From Camelus dromedarius (Eukaryota), in the NCBI RefSeq assembly GCF_036321535.1, contig NC_087436.1, positions 60,204,001 through 60,268,000 on the forward strand: 64,000 bases of DNA, written 5' to 3'. Under the pieces are notes generated by a model, which had not been told where the DNA came from, searched no databases, and was given only the letters and a program-made list of their open reading frames with translations. Numbering within the stretch: position 1 is the stretch's first letter; every line of letters begins with the position of its first letter. The translations under genes and the position numbers were made by a program. Positions 1 through 12,765 of the stretch are shown here, piece by piece.

Positions 1-1942
1 GAGTAAAATTATTGCTGATGACAAGATCTTACATACAGAAAATCCTAAATACACCACTTAAAAACTGTTAGAACTAATAAATGCATTCAGTAAAGGTTCA
101 GGATACAAAGTCAATATACAGAAATTGGTTGCATCTCTAAACCCTAACAAAAAGTTATCTGAAAAAGAAATTAAGAAAGCAATCCCATTTGCAATAGCAG
201 TTAAATCAGTGAGATATTTAGAAATCAATTTAACAAAGGAGGAAAAAATATCTGAAAAATGAAAACTCTGAGATACTCATGAAATAGATTAAAGAAGACA
301 CAAATAACTGAAGAGATATCCCATGTTCTTGAATTGGAAAAACTCACAGTGTGAAAATATCCATAATGCTACCCAAAGATACCTACAGATTCAAAGCAAT
401 TCTAATCAAAATCCCAATGGCATTTCTCACAAAAATAGAAAAAATGTATCCTAAAATGTGTTGGTAACTACAAAATACCATGAATAGCCAAAGCAATCCT
501 GAGAAAGAACAAAACTAGAGGCGATACACCACCTGATTTCAATCTATATTACAAAGCTATAGTGATCAAAACAGCATGGCGCTGGCATAAAAAAAGGCAC
601 ATAAACTAGTGGAACAGAATAGAGTCCAGACATACACCTATACATGTATGGTCAAATAAGTTTTCACAAGGGTGACAAAAATACACAATGGGAAAAGGAG
701 GGTCTCTTACTTGGTGTTTGGAAAACTAGATATCCATATGTTAAAGAATGAAACTGGACCCCTATCTAACACAACTCACGAAAAATAACTTGAAATGGGT
801 CAAAGATTTAAATGAAAGAACAGAATCTGTAAAACTTCTAGAAGAACACATAGGGGAAAAGATCCCTAACATTAGCCATGGCAGTGATTTCTTGGAAAAG
901 GTACCAAAAGCACAGGCAACAAAAACTAAAATAAGCAAGCAGGACTACATTAAACTAAAGAGCTTCTGTATGGCAAAGGAAACAATCAAATTGAAAAGGC
1001 GACCCAAATAAACATTTTTCTAAAGAAGACATACAATTGGTCAATGGGTAATATGAAAACATGATCAATATCACTAATCATCTGGGAAATGCAGATCAAA
1101 ACCACAATGAGATATCACCTCACACCTGTTAGGATGGCTATCACTAAAAAGACAAAAGATAGTAAATGCTGGCAAGGATGTGGAAAAAGGGAGCCCTTAT
1201 ACATTGTTCATACAACTATAAAATGGTACAGCTATTACAGAAGACAGTATGACGGTTCCTAAAAAAGTAAAAATTGATCCACCATATGATCCAGTAATCC
1301 TACTCCTGAGCATACATCTAAAGGAATTGAAGTCAGTATCTGGAAGAGATATCTGCACATTCCAGTTCATAGCAGCATTATTCACAATAGCCAAAATATG
1401 GAATCAACCTAAATGTCCAACAGGGGATAAATGGATAAAGGAGATCACACACACAGAGTGGAATATTATCAGTCATGAGAAAGAAGGAAATCCTGCCATC
1501 TGTATGACATGGATGGACTTTGAGAGTATCATGTTAAGTGAGATAAGTCAGAGAAAAAAATGCTGTATGACATCACTTACATGTGGAATTTAAAAATGCT
1601 AAACTCATGGAAACCAAAAGTGGAGTGGTGATTACCAGGGTCTGAAGGCTGGGAACATTAGGCAGATGTTCTTAAAGGGCACAAACTTACAATATGTACA
1701 TATGTAAGTTCTGAAGATCTACTGCACAGCACAGTCAACAATACCGTAATATATACTTCAAAGCTGCTAAGAGATTAAATCTTAATTGTTCTCACCACAA
1801 AAAGGAAATAACATACATGTGGCATGATAGCGATGTTAAGTAACCCTAAGGTGATAATCATCTTATAAATGTAACAAACCAACACCGCTGTGCAACTTAA
1901 ACCTACACAATGCTATATGTCAATTATATCTCAATAGAAAAA
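1..1942 (+). mobile_element. LINE-1 relic, ORF2 3' part plus 3' UTR (L1MA-like), frameshifted
   Basis: ORFs 748-1011 (MKLDPYLT...WVKDLN...DYIKLKSFC) and 1249-1593 (PYDPVILLL...[18 protein letters not shown]...WIK) are L1 ORF2p C-terminal motifs. Ends ...TATATGTCAATTATATCTCAATAGAAAAA. Confidence 0.95.
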
Positions 1943-3929
1943 TGCATAGGAGGTCCTCAGAAAACATTTGTTGAATGAATGCATGTTTAAATCAAGGCTT
2001 CACAAAATTTAAAAGCAGTTTCTCTTGACAAAAGGTTGGAGATTCCTAATATGAACAAACCGTGACAGTGTGAAGGTGCCCTTCAGGTCAGTCCTTCACT
2101 CCATACTGCTTGACAGCCGACCTTGATCCAGACAGCTTGAATGGTGCTGGAGACGTCACAGTGAGTGACACTCAGCTGAGTATTGTCCTCAGGTCAGGTT
2201 ACAAACTGATGCTGTTTATCCTTACTCCTACCCCCTAGGCCAATAAACTTCAAATTCATATTCAAACCCTAGAGAACAAGGACCCCTGTGGCACAGAGAC
2301 AAGAATTGCTACTTTCTTCTGTCCTAAACTATGTGAAAAATTCAGAACTGCAGCAGTAACTGAAGTAGCGTTTCAGTCTGGAATGTAAAGCACATCCTCC
2401 TTTTAGGTGTCTAAGCCTCATTTCCCCTGCTCATTCCTGCTTCCTCCCCTCCCTCTGCCCTCATTGTGCCCCACCCAACTGCACTGAAAAGACAGATCGC
2501 CTTATTGTGATTCCTTTTCACTGTTTACACTTCTCATCCCAGGAGTCCAGAAACTACATCAGGAATGACATACCCTTGGCAGACAGAGCAGGAGTTTTAC
2601 TTGCTTAGGTTCAAAACAATTTTACAGCTTTGACTTTTCCTGAAGTTAATTAGAGTTAGATATCAAAAGCACAGAAATCTTTCGCTTTTACTCAATTAAT
2701 AAAATGCTTCAACACAATACATGTAAGTCTTCAGTCTACTGCACTGTCTCTTCACAATATTATTTGCCAGAAGGTTCTATTGCCAAGTTCCTCTAATTCT
2801 CATACTTCAACATTATCTTTAAATAAACAGACATCTGGGTATAAAGAATACTTGCTCTCTAAAAAATGAACAATTACAAAGTTAAAGTTAGATCTTGAAC
2901 CATTTCCACAAATCATTTTGTTTTTACTTGGAAATTTGTTCCTTGGTGCTAAATCTTTTTGTCAACTCCCAACAGGGGTTCCTGACCTAGATCAATGTGC
3001 TGTAGGACTGGCCAGTTAGTGTGTTTCTCTTCCAACGAAAGCCTCACATCCCATGTCTTATTCCCTCAGCATCCTGCTTTCTACTTTCTAATGTGACAAT
3101 TAATGTAATAATCAAATATGCATGAACACATTACCTTATGGGCATGGCTAAATGTCTTACTGGTTTCAAGAGATGTGCACAATGTCACAGGACTTCTACC
3201 CCATGTGCCATTTGTAGACTAGAACTGGGTATTTCAGGCACACAGCAGTCACTGGGGAGATGTTTCTCTTCAGATGTGCTTTATGATGTTCGTCTTCTAG
3301 ATGGAGGCACAAACAACACACACAGTTTTACAATTTTAAAGTGTTATTTACTGACTTGTCCACCTTTATCTGGTAACTTGGTATCATACAGGTAAAAATC
3401 TACATACAGTTTCTCAAATTAATAAACAATTACCCTGAAAAGGAAGGTATCATTCAGATGTGTGTGAAAATATCCTTCAAATAAAAGGTTTGAAATAAAA
3501 TGAAATTGTGCTTGACACTGCCCCATTGTGACAACAGAGCAGAACTTAATTTACAATACTTTCTAGAGTTGTCCTTATGACAACATGTACAGCTTGGCAA
3601 AGGCTGCCTTTGAGGGTTAAAAATCTAGTTAGTGAAAAAGCTCAAGTCAGAATAGTGGTACAGCTGGGTGAGTACCTTTTCAAAAGTTCGTTATTCGTTA
3701 TTCATTCCACTATGACATGCCTGTGTGTGTGTGTGCGTGCACACACGTGCATGCAAGCACATTACATGGAGTAGGAGAACAGCATTGACATCCTTGGTAG
3801 GAAAGGTAATTTTGAAAGGTTTTCACCCAGAGTTAACTGCACTATGAGATTATCATTCCAATCTCATCTTCCAACCTTTCCACATTTTTTCTTCTCTAAA
3901 ATGCAAATAAATCACCATACACTTTGTAC

Positions 3930-4396
3930 TGACAGATTCTTTGCTTAATCAAACTTCGGTCAGACTCCTGAACCTTCTCATAGGCCCTCTGTACATGCCC
4001 TTCTAAAATCGAGTTTCAAAAGAACTCTGTTAAATCAGTTTAACCAGAACCCACATCCTCAGTACCTGATCACCCTCAATATCTAATCACCCTCAATATC
4101 TAATCAGATTCCTCATCCTCCAGGGGAGCGTCTGATCATTCTGGCCTGATTAGCAAGAATCCTGTTAAGTCAGTTTAGCTAGATTCCCTCGTCCCTCATG
4201 TTTCGACTTAGCAATGTTCCACCCACTGACCCCACCCCACTCGTTCACTAAAAAATCGCCATTTTTCCTTGCAGTATTCAGAATTGAGCCCAGATCTATG
4301 CTGACATCTCCTTACCCCTACTGCAACAGATCTGAATAAAATCTATTTTTGTTTTTACCGATTCAACTACTGTCCAGCTCTGGTTTTTCTCTGACA
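3930..4396 (+). mobile_element. Solo ERV1 LTR, MER31-like
   Basis: TG...CA termini and 4-bp flanks GTAC/GCAC. Internal ATCACCCTCAATATCT repeats and AGCAAGAATCCTGTTAAGTCAGTTTAGC are typical of MER31. AATAAA near the 3' end. Confidence 0.85.
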
Positions 4397-5065
4397 GCAC
4401 CTAAACCATTATTAGTTTACACCCATAGTAAGCCATTAGTTATTATCCCTACTAGATGGTTAAGACAGGACATGGGGTAGATTGTGTGTGTGTATGTGTG
4501 TTGGAGGTCACAGGAACAAAGGAATTATACAACTGGGGAGGAACTCCAACAAGGGCAATTAAGACAAACCATCTACTGTGTAATTTTGCTCACAAAGACT
4601 ACTGAATATTTGATTCAGCGTCATCTCAGATGTCATAAACATTTCCTCGAGATCCACCAATAATTTTTCAGAAATCTCCTATTTCAGAATGCTAATAAAC
4701 AGGAAAATCCTATTTTATGTTTTTCTTTTACTATTATACCAATTGAGAAAACTGAGGATATAAAACTTAGAGAAAGGGGAGAGAAGCATTTAAAAAATAA
4801 AGTATTTCTCTCTGTTTAATTATAAATGGATTTCCTTCACTTCAGTTTATTTAAAAGCAAATATAATTTAATTAAATATAATTTTTATTAAAGCAAATAT
4901 CAGTAAAAAGAAAGTTAATACTCTCCCTTATGAAACCCATTTTTAGAACATGTTCTTCCATTGATACATCAGTGATGAATGTAATTTTCTGTCGGACAAG
5001 GGTATTAAATGAATATTTCATCAAAGTGTTACATGTAGATTTACTCTTTCAAAAGTCAGTCTTTC

Positions 5066-5497
5066 TAAGTGATCTGAGAAGGCTATATGCTGTATGATTC
5101 CAACTATATGATATTCTGGAAAAGGCAAAACTATTAAGACAATAAATGATCAGTGGTAGCCAGGCAGGCGTGATGAATAGGCAGAGCAAAGATTTTTAAG
5201 GAAGGGAAAATACTCTGTATGATATTATACTGATGGATATAAGTTATTACACATTTGTCTAAACCCACTGAATGTACAACAAGAGTGACCTCTTAGGTAA
5301 ACTACACACTTTGGGTGATTATGACTGATGTGTCAGTATAGGTTCATCCTTGGTAAAACCGTCTACTTTGGTGTGTCGTGTTGATAATGGAGAGGCTACC
5401 CATGTGTGGGCGCAGAGGGTGTCTGGGAAGTCTCCTCACCTTCTTCTCAATTTTATTGTATGCCTAAATCTGCTCTAAAAAATTAAGTCTTAAAAAA
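5066..5497 (+). mobile_element. LINE-1 3' UTR fragment (L1MC-like)
   Basis: TGTATGATTCCAACTATATGATATTCTGGAAAAGGCAAAACTA...CCTAAATCTGCTCTAAAAAA. Degenerate flanking repeat AAAAGTCAGTCTTTC / AAAGTTCATCTTTC. Confidence 0.85.
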
Positions 5498-6789
5498 TTT
5501 TTTAAAGTTCATCTTTCCTCTGAGCTTACATTGTTTCCTCAAATTTTCCTTTCCAAAATGAAAGTTACTAAAAATTATCCAATGATACTTGATTGTACAC
5601 AATTGCCTGAATGAGAGAAGATTAAATAGTCAATTCTCTTCCTGAAAAATCAGCCTCAGACATTGTGATTTTTACCAAAGCCTTTCATCATTATCCACAT
5701 GCAACCTTCTTGACAGTATAACAATTTATCCTGAAATGCCTCCTTCACCTCTGGGTAAGGCAAATTGACTATAATATCTGAGAGACGTCTGTGAAGAACA
5801 GCAGAAAGACTGGCTCTACTTCTGAGCTAACAACAATGAAAAACAGTAATTGCTCTCATTGAACCAATTTCATTTCCTAGAAAATTCCATTCATCATAAT
5901 CATAGATAATCTGGCTTCTATTCCTTTTAGGTCAAATAAAGTGAATCAAATTAAAGGCAAATATATTCTTAATGTTTGAAAACTATAACCCTTATTTTCT
6001 AAACTACAAGAAGCCAAATTTAATAACAGACAAAGGCAACTCAATTCCATCCTCAAATCAAAAAAATATATGAAACAAAACAATTTATTTGTGGTACACA
6101 ACTAAAGTCATCTTTAGCATTTTTTTCTAACATTAATATAAAAAGTCTTTTTAACTCCAAAATATCTGACCATCATCATTCCTCTTTTCCTCTAGGCTAA
6201 TTAACAGATTTAAGATATACTGTGTGCACAGACTCTATAAACAAATAACTAGTTACTGTCACATGATCCCTTATTTAATTCCAAATCCTGTGACTCAAAC
6301 CCCCATTCTTTCTCGGTCCAACACTTAGATGTTCACCAAATGACCTCCTGTATGAAATTCTCCTTTCTTTCAGTCTCAGAGGACTTGGGGAAGTAGAGAA
6401 AGACAGATGAAGGCAGCCAGCTGACTCACCAGCTCCGTCTTCTGCACCAGTCCAGACTCTTTCTATTATCATTAAATCTGGAGCTATCGCAGTCTTCCAA
6501 TTCACATATTGGTAAGGACTAACACTACTGGGAAACTTATTTTTTTAATCAAAATGTTACCTTTTGATGTTTCATTCAAGGGAAATAAAACTGAAGAGTT
6601 CTTTAAAGCCATGGGAAAGGCAAATTAAGCCCCTCTCCTGCACCTCTTCCTCTGCCTCACTGTTTTGTTTTCCTTCCTTCTTTCTTAAATATTCTCCATA
6701 TCCTTTCTCTTCCATTTTTCTCTTAAGATGGGTTGAAGATGAGGAGTAGAGAGCAAAGATGGAAGAAGATAGGTAAAGAAATATTGATG

Positions 6790-6880
6790 CCTTTTGTGTC
6801 TGGCTTACTTCCCTTAGAAGAATGCCTTTAACTTTCATCCAAGGTGCAGTATGTACCAAAACTTCATTCATTTTTGTATA
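6790..6880 (-). mobile_element. Old L1 (L1ME-like) fragment
   Basis: TGTGTCTGGCTTACTTCCCTTAG...TTCATCCAAGGTGCAGTATGTACC resembles the reverse complement of an L1M 3' UTR. Confidence 0.55.
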
Positions 6881-6920
6881 TCACATTGCCCATATCTTTT
6901 CCCTTGATAAATCACATTTT

Positions 6921-6958
6921 TGCTGGCGAGAATTCTACCACTGAACCACCAACGCAAC
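6921..6958 (-). pseudogene. Tailless retropseudogene of a 5' tRNA-Gly half
   Basis: Minus strand GTT-GCGTTGGTGGTTCAGTGGTAGAATTCTCGCC-AGCA matches the tRNA-Gly(GCC/CCC) 5' half up to the anticodon loop. Flanked by identical 16-bp TGATAAATCACATTTT at 6905-6920 and 6959-6974. Confidence 0.9.
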
Positions 6959-6999
6959 TGATAAATCACATTTTGTATAAATTACTATTATTACCACCA

Positions 7000-7165
7000 C
7001 TTGCTAATTAGTAAGTGCTTACTTTGTGCCAGGAAATTTTCTAAGTGTTTTTTGTACATATTAATTAATTTGATCCTCACAACAATACATGAAGTAGAGA
7101 TTATTATTATACTCAACTTGTAGATAAGTAAAATGCACAGAGAGGTTAAGTAACTTGCACAAAAG
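7000..7165 (-). mobile_element. MIR SINE
   Basis: GTGCTTACTTTGTGCCAGG...GATCCTCACAACAA...GCACAGAGAGGTTAAGTAACTTGC is the reverse MIR core. Confidence 0.85.
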
Positions 7166-8505
7166 TAGTAAGCTTGTGCAATGATAGGTTAACTATTCAA
7201 AACCATATAATATAGCTATCCACAGTCTTAGCCACATTTCATTTATATGATGTTTGTTGTTAAGTGTTGTTATCAACTCCATGAAATATTGACTAAATAT
7301 CTATATATCTCTTTTCTTAGTTTCTCAAGCCTTAATGGGAGTGATGCTTATGGGTTAGACTGTTAAGATGGTGAGACTGTAGGTGACAAAGAAAGAATAT
7401 ACTAACACAGAGATTCAAAACAGGATTTTTAAGAAGGTGGCTGGCTCATAGTAATGAGGGCACAAAGAGAAGAGTTTTAGGAAGGAAATAAATAATTTGC
7501 TCTTTACTCTTAATTTTGAGAATTGTCTTATGTAACTAAAAATTGTTTCAATTCTAAAAATTATAAACTCTTAAAAGTCTGTTCCAAGTCTAAGCCAACA
7601 CAATTAAAAGGCTTGTAAAATGCATAAAAAACTGTCCTTACTCTTCTCTACTAAATGTAACAAAAGCAAAAACAGAATATAAGACTACTAATATATCTCC
7701 AACTTCCCTGTTTTAGAAAATCAAATACATTCGTGGCGAAAATGTTTGGTCGTCATAAGGAAATTTAGCCTAATTAAAAATTTTTTCTCTCTCTTTTTCT
7801 TTCCATCATACATTAGAGGTGCTTCAACTTATCTAACTTGATAGGACAGTATTTTGCATGTTTATTTTAGATATGCCTTATAAAAACTGCCAAAGGTACA
7901 AAACAATGAAGTTTCAGATCTGTGGAGAAACAAAACCATGAAAGGCTTGTTAGTGCGTTTGCAGATTACACCAGTTAGAAACAATGAGGTTATACTGGAT
8001 AAACGAAAATTGGGTTAAACATCAGGAAATAATTTCTTATAAAAACAGCAATTAGAATATGTAAGAACAATTCAAAGGAAGTTACTGGACATCCATGATT
8101 AGAACCACACATAGGAAAACAGTTAAAATATTTGTAGTTATACCTCAGAAAATATATTCTATGTGTTGGGGACATGCAGGTAGATAACTTTCTATTCTTT
8201 TTTCAAGTTATCTATTTACTCCAGATGCTATTCTTAGTTTATCTATGCGTTATTGCTATTTTCTTTTAACTTTACTTTTTCCTCTTAAACATACCATGTC
8301 AAAGGCTCTCACTCAAATATTTTCTTCTAGAAAAAAAAACAGATTACTTGGTCTGATTGTTCCTGTGGTGTCCCAGGGTACTATTTTTTTTTATAACACA
8401 AAGCAATAGCTGTGTAAAACTAACAGAAATGACTGCTTACACCAGCATCACTAGGAAGACTTCAGAATCTATAGGAAACTAAAAAAAAAAAAAAATTCCC
8501 TGATG

Positions 8506-8506
<1 letters not shown>

Positions 8507-8542
<36 letters not shown>

Positions 8543-8550
8543 TGAGTGTG
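8507..8550. repeat. (TG)n microsatellite
   Basis: 17 TG units followed by AGTGAGTGTG. Confidence 0.95.
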
Positions 8551-11532
8551 GAAATTTCTCCATCAGTATAAATGGTGAGAAAAAACAACTGTGAACATTC
8601 AGTGCTTATCTAGCCAGTTTCAAAGATACTTATTTACCCATATAGCAAAAGAATTTCACATTTGGAGAACAGATCATAAAGATTTTCACTGGAAAAAACA
8701 TAAACCCTCTAAAAAATAATGCACATAATTTAATCACCCTAGATGTCTCTCCATAGGCAAAATGATCATTCCATAAGTCTTGGAAGAATTACAACTGTCT
8801 TTCAAGGATTTATTATTGTGCCCATACTATTGTTGTCATTTCGTAAGTCCAGCATATTCATCTGGTACTATTTATCACACCCCGCCCTTGGTCTTTCTCA
8901 TTTATTGAGTGGGAATAAATTATTCTTTATAGGATACCCAGGACACTCATTAACACTTATTCATATTCAATTTTCCTCAGTAAGGACACAAACACTGTAA
9001 TAAATATCACATTTTGAGCTCATAGTTTTCCGGCAAAGCCATCACTACTTCAAACAAAAATTAACATTAAATATTTGGTCTTTCAAAAAAGCCATCATAA
9101 AAGTCCTGATTAGAACATTACCCTAAAAAACAGGATGGGGTAGCAGAAATAGGGGGAAAATGTGTTTTATTAGAGACAAACTGTTTCCATTCATGAAAGC
9201 TAATTTTCCTGCTAGTTGTATTTTGTATTTTTACCATAACTTCAACAAACTTTATTTTAAAGCAAAAAAAAAAAAAAAAAATCTGAAATGCCAATTTTGC
9301 AAAAATCCTAAGAATACTTTCCTGTTTTTGTTCTAAATTCATTTGGTTATACTAAATTGCTGCATTTTAGTTTCAAAAACACTAAAATATTTTTTTACTT
9401 TCAAAGTAAAATAATGCATTCCAAAACAATTTAGCAGCTCTAGATTTCCATCTTGGCAATCAGTGCTACTTGCCAGACCAGCCCCTGTGCAAATAAAGCA
9501 TGGCCAGAATAACCAGAACTGTGCATCCTCCTTGAAATACAACATGTTTTATGACTCGATATGGGAAACCTTATGCCTTCAGCACAGTTTATAATGAAAA
9601 ATGTGCAAAAAGAACTAGTCTTGTGAAGAAAAGCAGTAATAGTTCCCTTGATTCTAGGCTTACAAATGCAATGATGGATCTAGCCTCCAATATCAGAGTG
9701 ATTTTTTAGGGGCAGGTGAAGAGGAGTGATGTTTTGAGGAGGCTTGTGGGAGGAGATACGAGAGGAATAAAAAGAGTGGATGAGTCTCAGTGACCACTTT
9801 CAGTAAGACCTACAACAACTTACTCACAGAAGAGTCTCTAAGTCCACCTCATCAACACGATTCTCGACATTTCAAAAGATGATTACTGACTCCTCAAACA
9901 GGGGCTACTCATTATTCAGAACTGGAGATGAAACCAAAAGCTTATTCTATTCACCCTGTGGTAAAAAGCATTTCAAATGGCCAAGGAACCTTTCAAATAA
10001 AGAGGAAAATTGGTAAATTTGTTGCCGCTGCTGCTACAGCTGGTGTTTTCACTTAGATTGAAACGATCGGGCTGTCAGAGATCAATATCTTCACTCCCTT
10101 TAAAAACAACTTTTTCTTGTCTTGCCCTGAAACTATAAGAAAACATGGCTTATTTTTAAATGAACTGCTCTTTGAGAGCTAAGCATATATCTATCATGAC
10201 TTTCCTATTCAGAGATGGTGTTCACAATTTTGTCATTCTCCATGTGTCCTGGATGCACAATTTATCTGAAAATATCATGTAAATTTTACCAGAGAGCACT
10301 TTTAATTTGCTGCTGGTAAAATCTGTCACTTCAGCTCTGTATCCCTGCTTCATGCACCAATACACCTTTGCAACCCTTCTGCTAAAGGTTTGCTCACAAT
10401 ATAGTGCTAACTCGTTTAACAACAGCAGGTTGTTCTATTATAAAATAAAAGAACGTGACTTATAGCAGCCTAACTAATTTGTACTCAGAGAATAAGACAC
10501 TAGCCTAAACTACATTTGATTTACTCTACTCTTCAGAATTGCCTGGTTCTGACACTCAAAAGGGGAAATGTGGGTCCCTCCTAATCTCAAGGTCTCTAAG
10601 ATAGCCTAATTCTGAACTTCAAAGATGTCAAAATAATTTTGGATCTAGTGTTAACAGTACTTGGAATGGGACTTGGACGAGGAGTCCTCAGGGTTTCTGG
10701 ATATCCACAGTAGATCCAAAAATAAACCAAATTTTTTATGGAAAAAAAATTAAGCCAAATTTGCCCTCCAGAAATTCCCCTCATAGAAATCACCAACCTT
10801 AACAGGATAGTTTTTCTCTGATAGAAGACCTCTTGATAATGGAGTATGTTTGACACAGTTTGTCATAGAGACCCATTTATTGTGTTTATTTAGGAAATCA
10901 ACATCTTCTCATTGCTAAAGCCATGGCCCTTTCATTCTTCCCCTTCCCTACAACTTCTTCAATGTTTCAAAAAACTGTATCCTTGTTTCTGAAGCTCTTT
11001 TACCAATTGTTCTCTTTAATACTCCGATAACTGCATGCTCCCCTACATCCACTCCTTAAAATAAACAAACTTTGTAACTCTTTTTCCTGAATTCACTTAA
11101 CCCAAGTGATTCTGAAGACTCAGTTTGGTGCCCTCTGCTTTTCTGGCAATATGCTCCTTCCTTAAGACGGCTTATGCATTCTGCTGTAAGACTTCTTGGC
11201 ATGTCATTCAGAAGTTCCAACCCATCTCACCACTCTGTCCACCTCTAATATCAGTGAGATCATCTAGTTGGGATCACATCCAATTCAACCTATGAAAATT
11301 CCTGGATTTTTTCCACTTTAATGACCCTATTTATATTGAACACATTCCCATTCATCTTTCATCTACCTACCAAAACGTTTACTTTCTAGTCCTAACATAT
11401 ATCTCACCCCCTTTGTATAGCTATCCTTAGCTGAAAGTTATTTATATTTTCTATTTCTCTCATACACTTTTCTAAATAACCATTGCACCTACTGTGTCTA
11501 TCCTTCATTTGCTAAATAGCATTTGCTTATAC

Positions 11533-12272
11533 TTTTTTTTTTTAGTTTGAGAGATAACTGACACACAATAAACTATACATATTTAAGTTGTAGTAACTGA
11601 TAAGTTTTGGCATATGTATGCACTTGTGAAACTATCACCAGTGCACAATCAAGACAATGAACATATCTATCATCTTTAAAAGTTTTCTGATCTTTTATGT
11701 AATCTCTCCTTCCCATCCTTTCTGGCCAGTGCACACCCCACCCTTTCCCCAGAGAAGTAATGACCTGATTTTTATCACTGTGTATTAATTTTCTAGAATT
11801 TTATACAAATTGAATCATATACTATATACATTTTTATTCTGGCTCCTTCCACTCAGTGTAATTACTGTGACATTCACTTATGTTGTAGCATGTATCAATG
11901 GTCCATTTCCTTGTATTGCTTAGTAATTCCACTGTAAGGATGTATCAAAATTTGTTTATCCATTTACTTGTTAATGTCCATTCAGTGTGTTTTCAGTTTA
12001 TGCTCTTTCAGTTAAAACTGTCGTGAACATGTGTGTACAAGTCTTTTATGGATACATGCTTCCACCTCTCTTGGGCAAATATTTATATATGAAAATATGG
12101 CAAAGTCATGAGTAGAAATATGTTTGACTTTTTAAGAGTCTGACAAACTGCATTCCAAAATGGCTGCACCCTTAGCATTCCTACCAGCAGGGTGTGGGGA
12201 TTCCAGTTGCTCCACATTCTCATCAACACTTGCTATGGTCAATCTTTTTAATTGTAGTCATTCTAATAGGCA
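11533..12272 (-). mobile_element. LINE-1 3' end (L1MB-like)
   Basis: Poly-T, then reverse L1M 3' UTR and ORF2 end (TTGTTTATCCATTTAC, TTCCAAAATGGCTGCACC, TCCACATTCTCATCAACACTTG). Confidence 0.85.
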
Positions 12273-12274
12273 TG

Positions 12275-12765
12275 TCACTATTGGGACCAGGTACTATTTC
12301 TGGCCCTGTATAAGTATCAGGCACTGTTACCACTACCTTTTGGCATATTTATTTTACTAGCCTCAGATAGTTTCCTCACAAAAATTTGCTACTTTGTTCT
12401 CAGCTGAATACCTAAGGGAGATCCTCTGTAGATCACTCGGGTTCTCTCTTTGTGTGCAGCTGTTTTCCAGCATTGTGTTCTGCAATCTCTAGCTGTTGTT
12501 GTCTTCCCAGATTCTCAACTCTGTCTCTTCATTATAGAAAGCCAACTAGGCTCCACCTGAATTTCCCCTGCATGCATCAAGACTTGGAAACTCTCAAGGC
12601 ACTAAAACTGAGGACATTTTAAGGCTCACCTAATTTGTTCTCAAACTTTTAGGGTCAGTTCTTTAGGTTCTTTAGTGGATGATGTCCAGTGTCTTGAAAA
12701 TGGGTGTTTCATCTATTTTGTCTGTTTTTATGCTGTTTCAGGGGGAAGGGCAAATCTGGTTCTTC
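12275..12765 (-). mobile_element. Probable old L1 5'-region fragment (L1MD/ME-type)
   Basis: CTCAGCTGAATAC...GATCCTCTGTAGATC...GATTCTCAACTCTGTCTC...TGATGTCCAGTGTCTTGAAA resembles ancient L1M 5' ends as recalled. Confidence 0.5.

Noticed and set aside
748..1593. ORFs of 87 and 114 aa as genes
   Set aside because: Broken L1 ORF2p fragments, not host genes.
4066..4106. Short direct repeats resembling a CRISPR-like array
   Set aside because: Tandem units without spacers, intrinsic to the MER31-like LTR. No CRISPR, operon or other prokaryotic system is present in the window.
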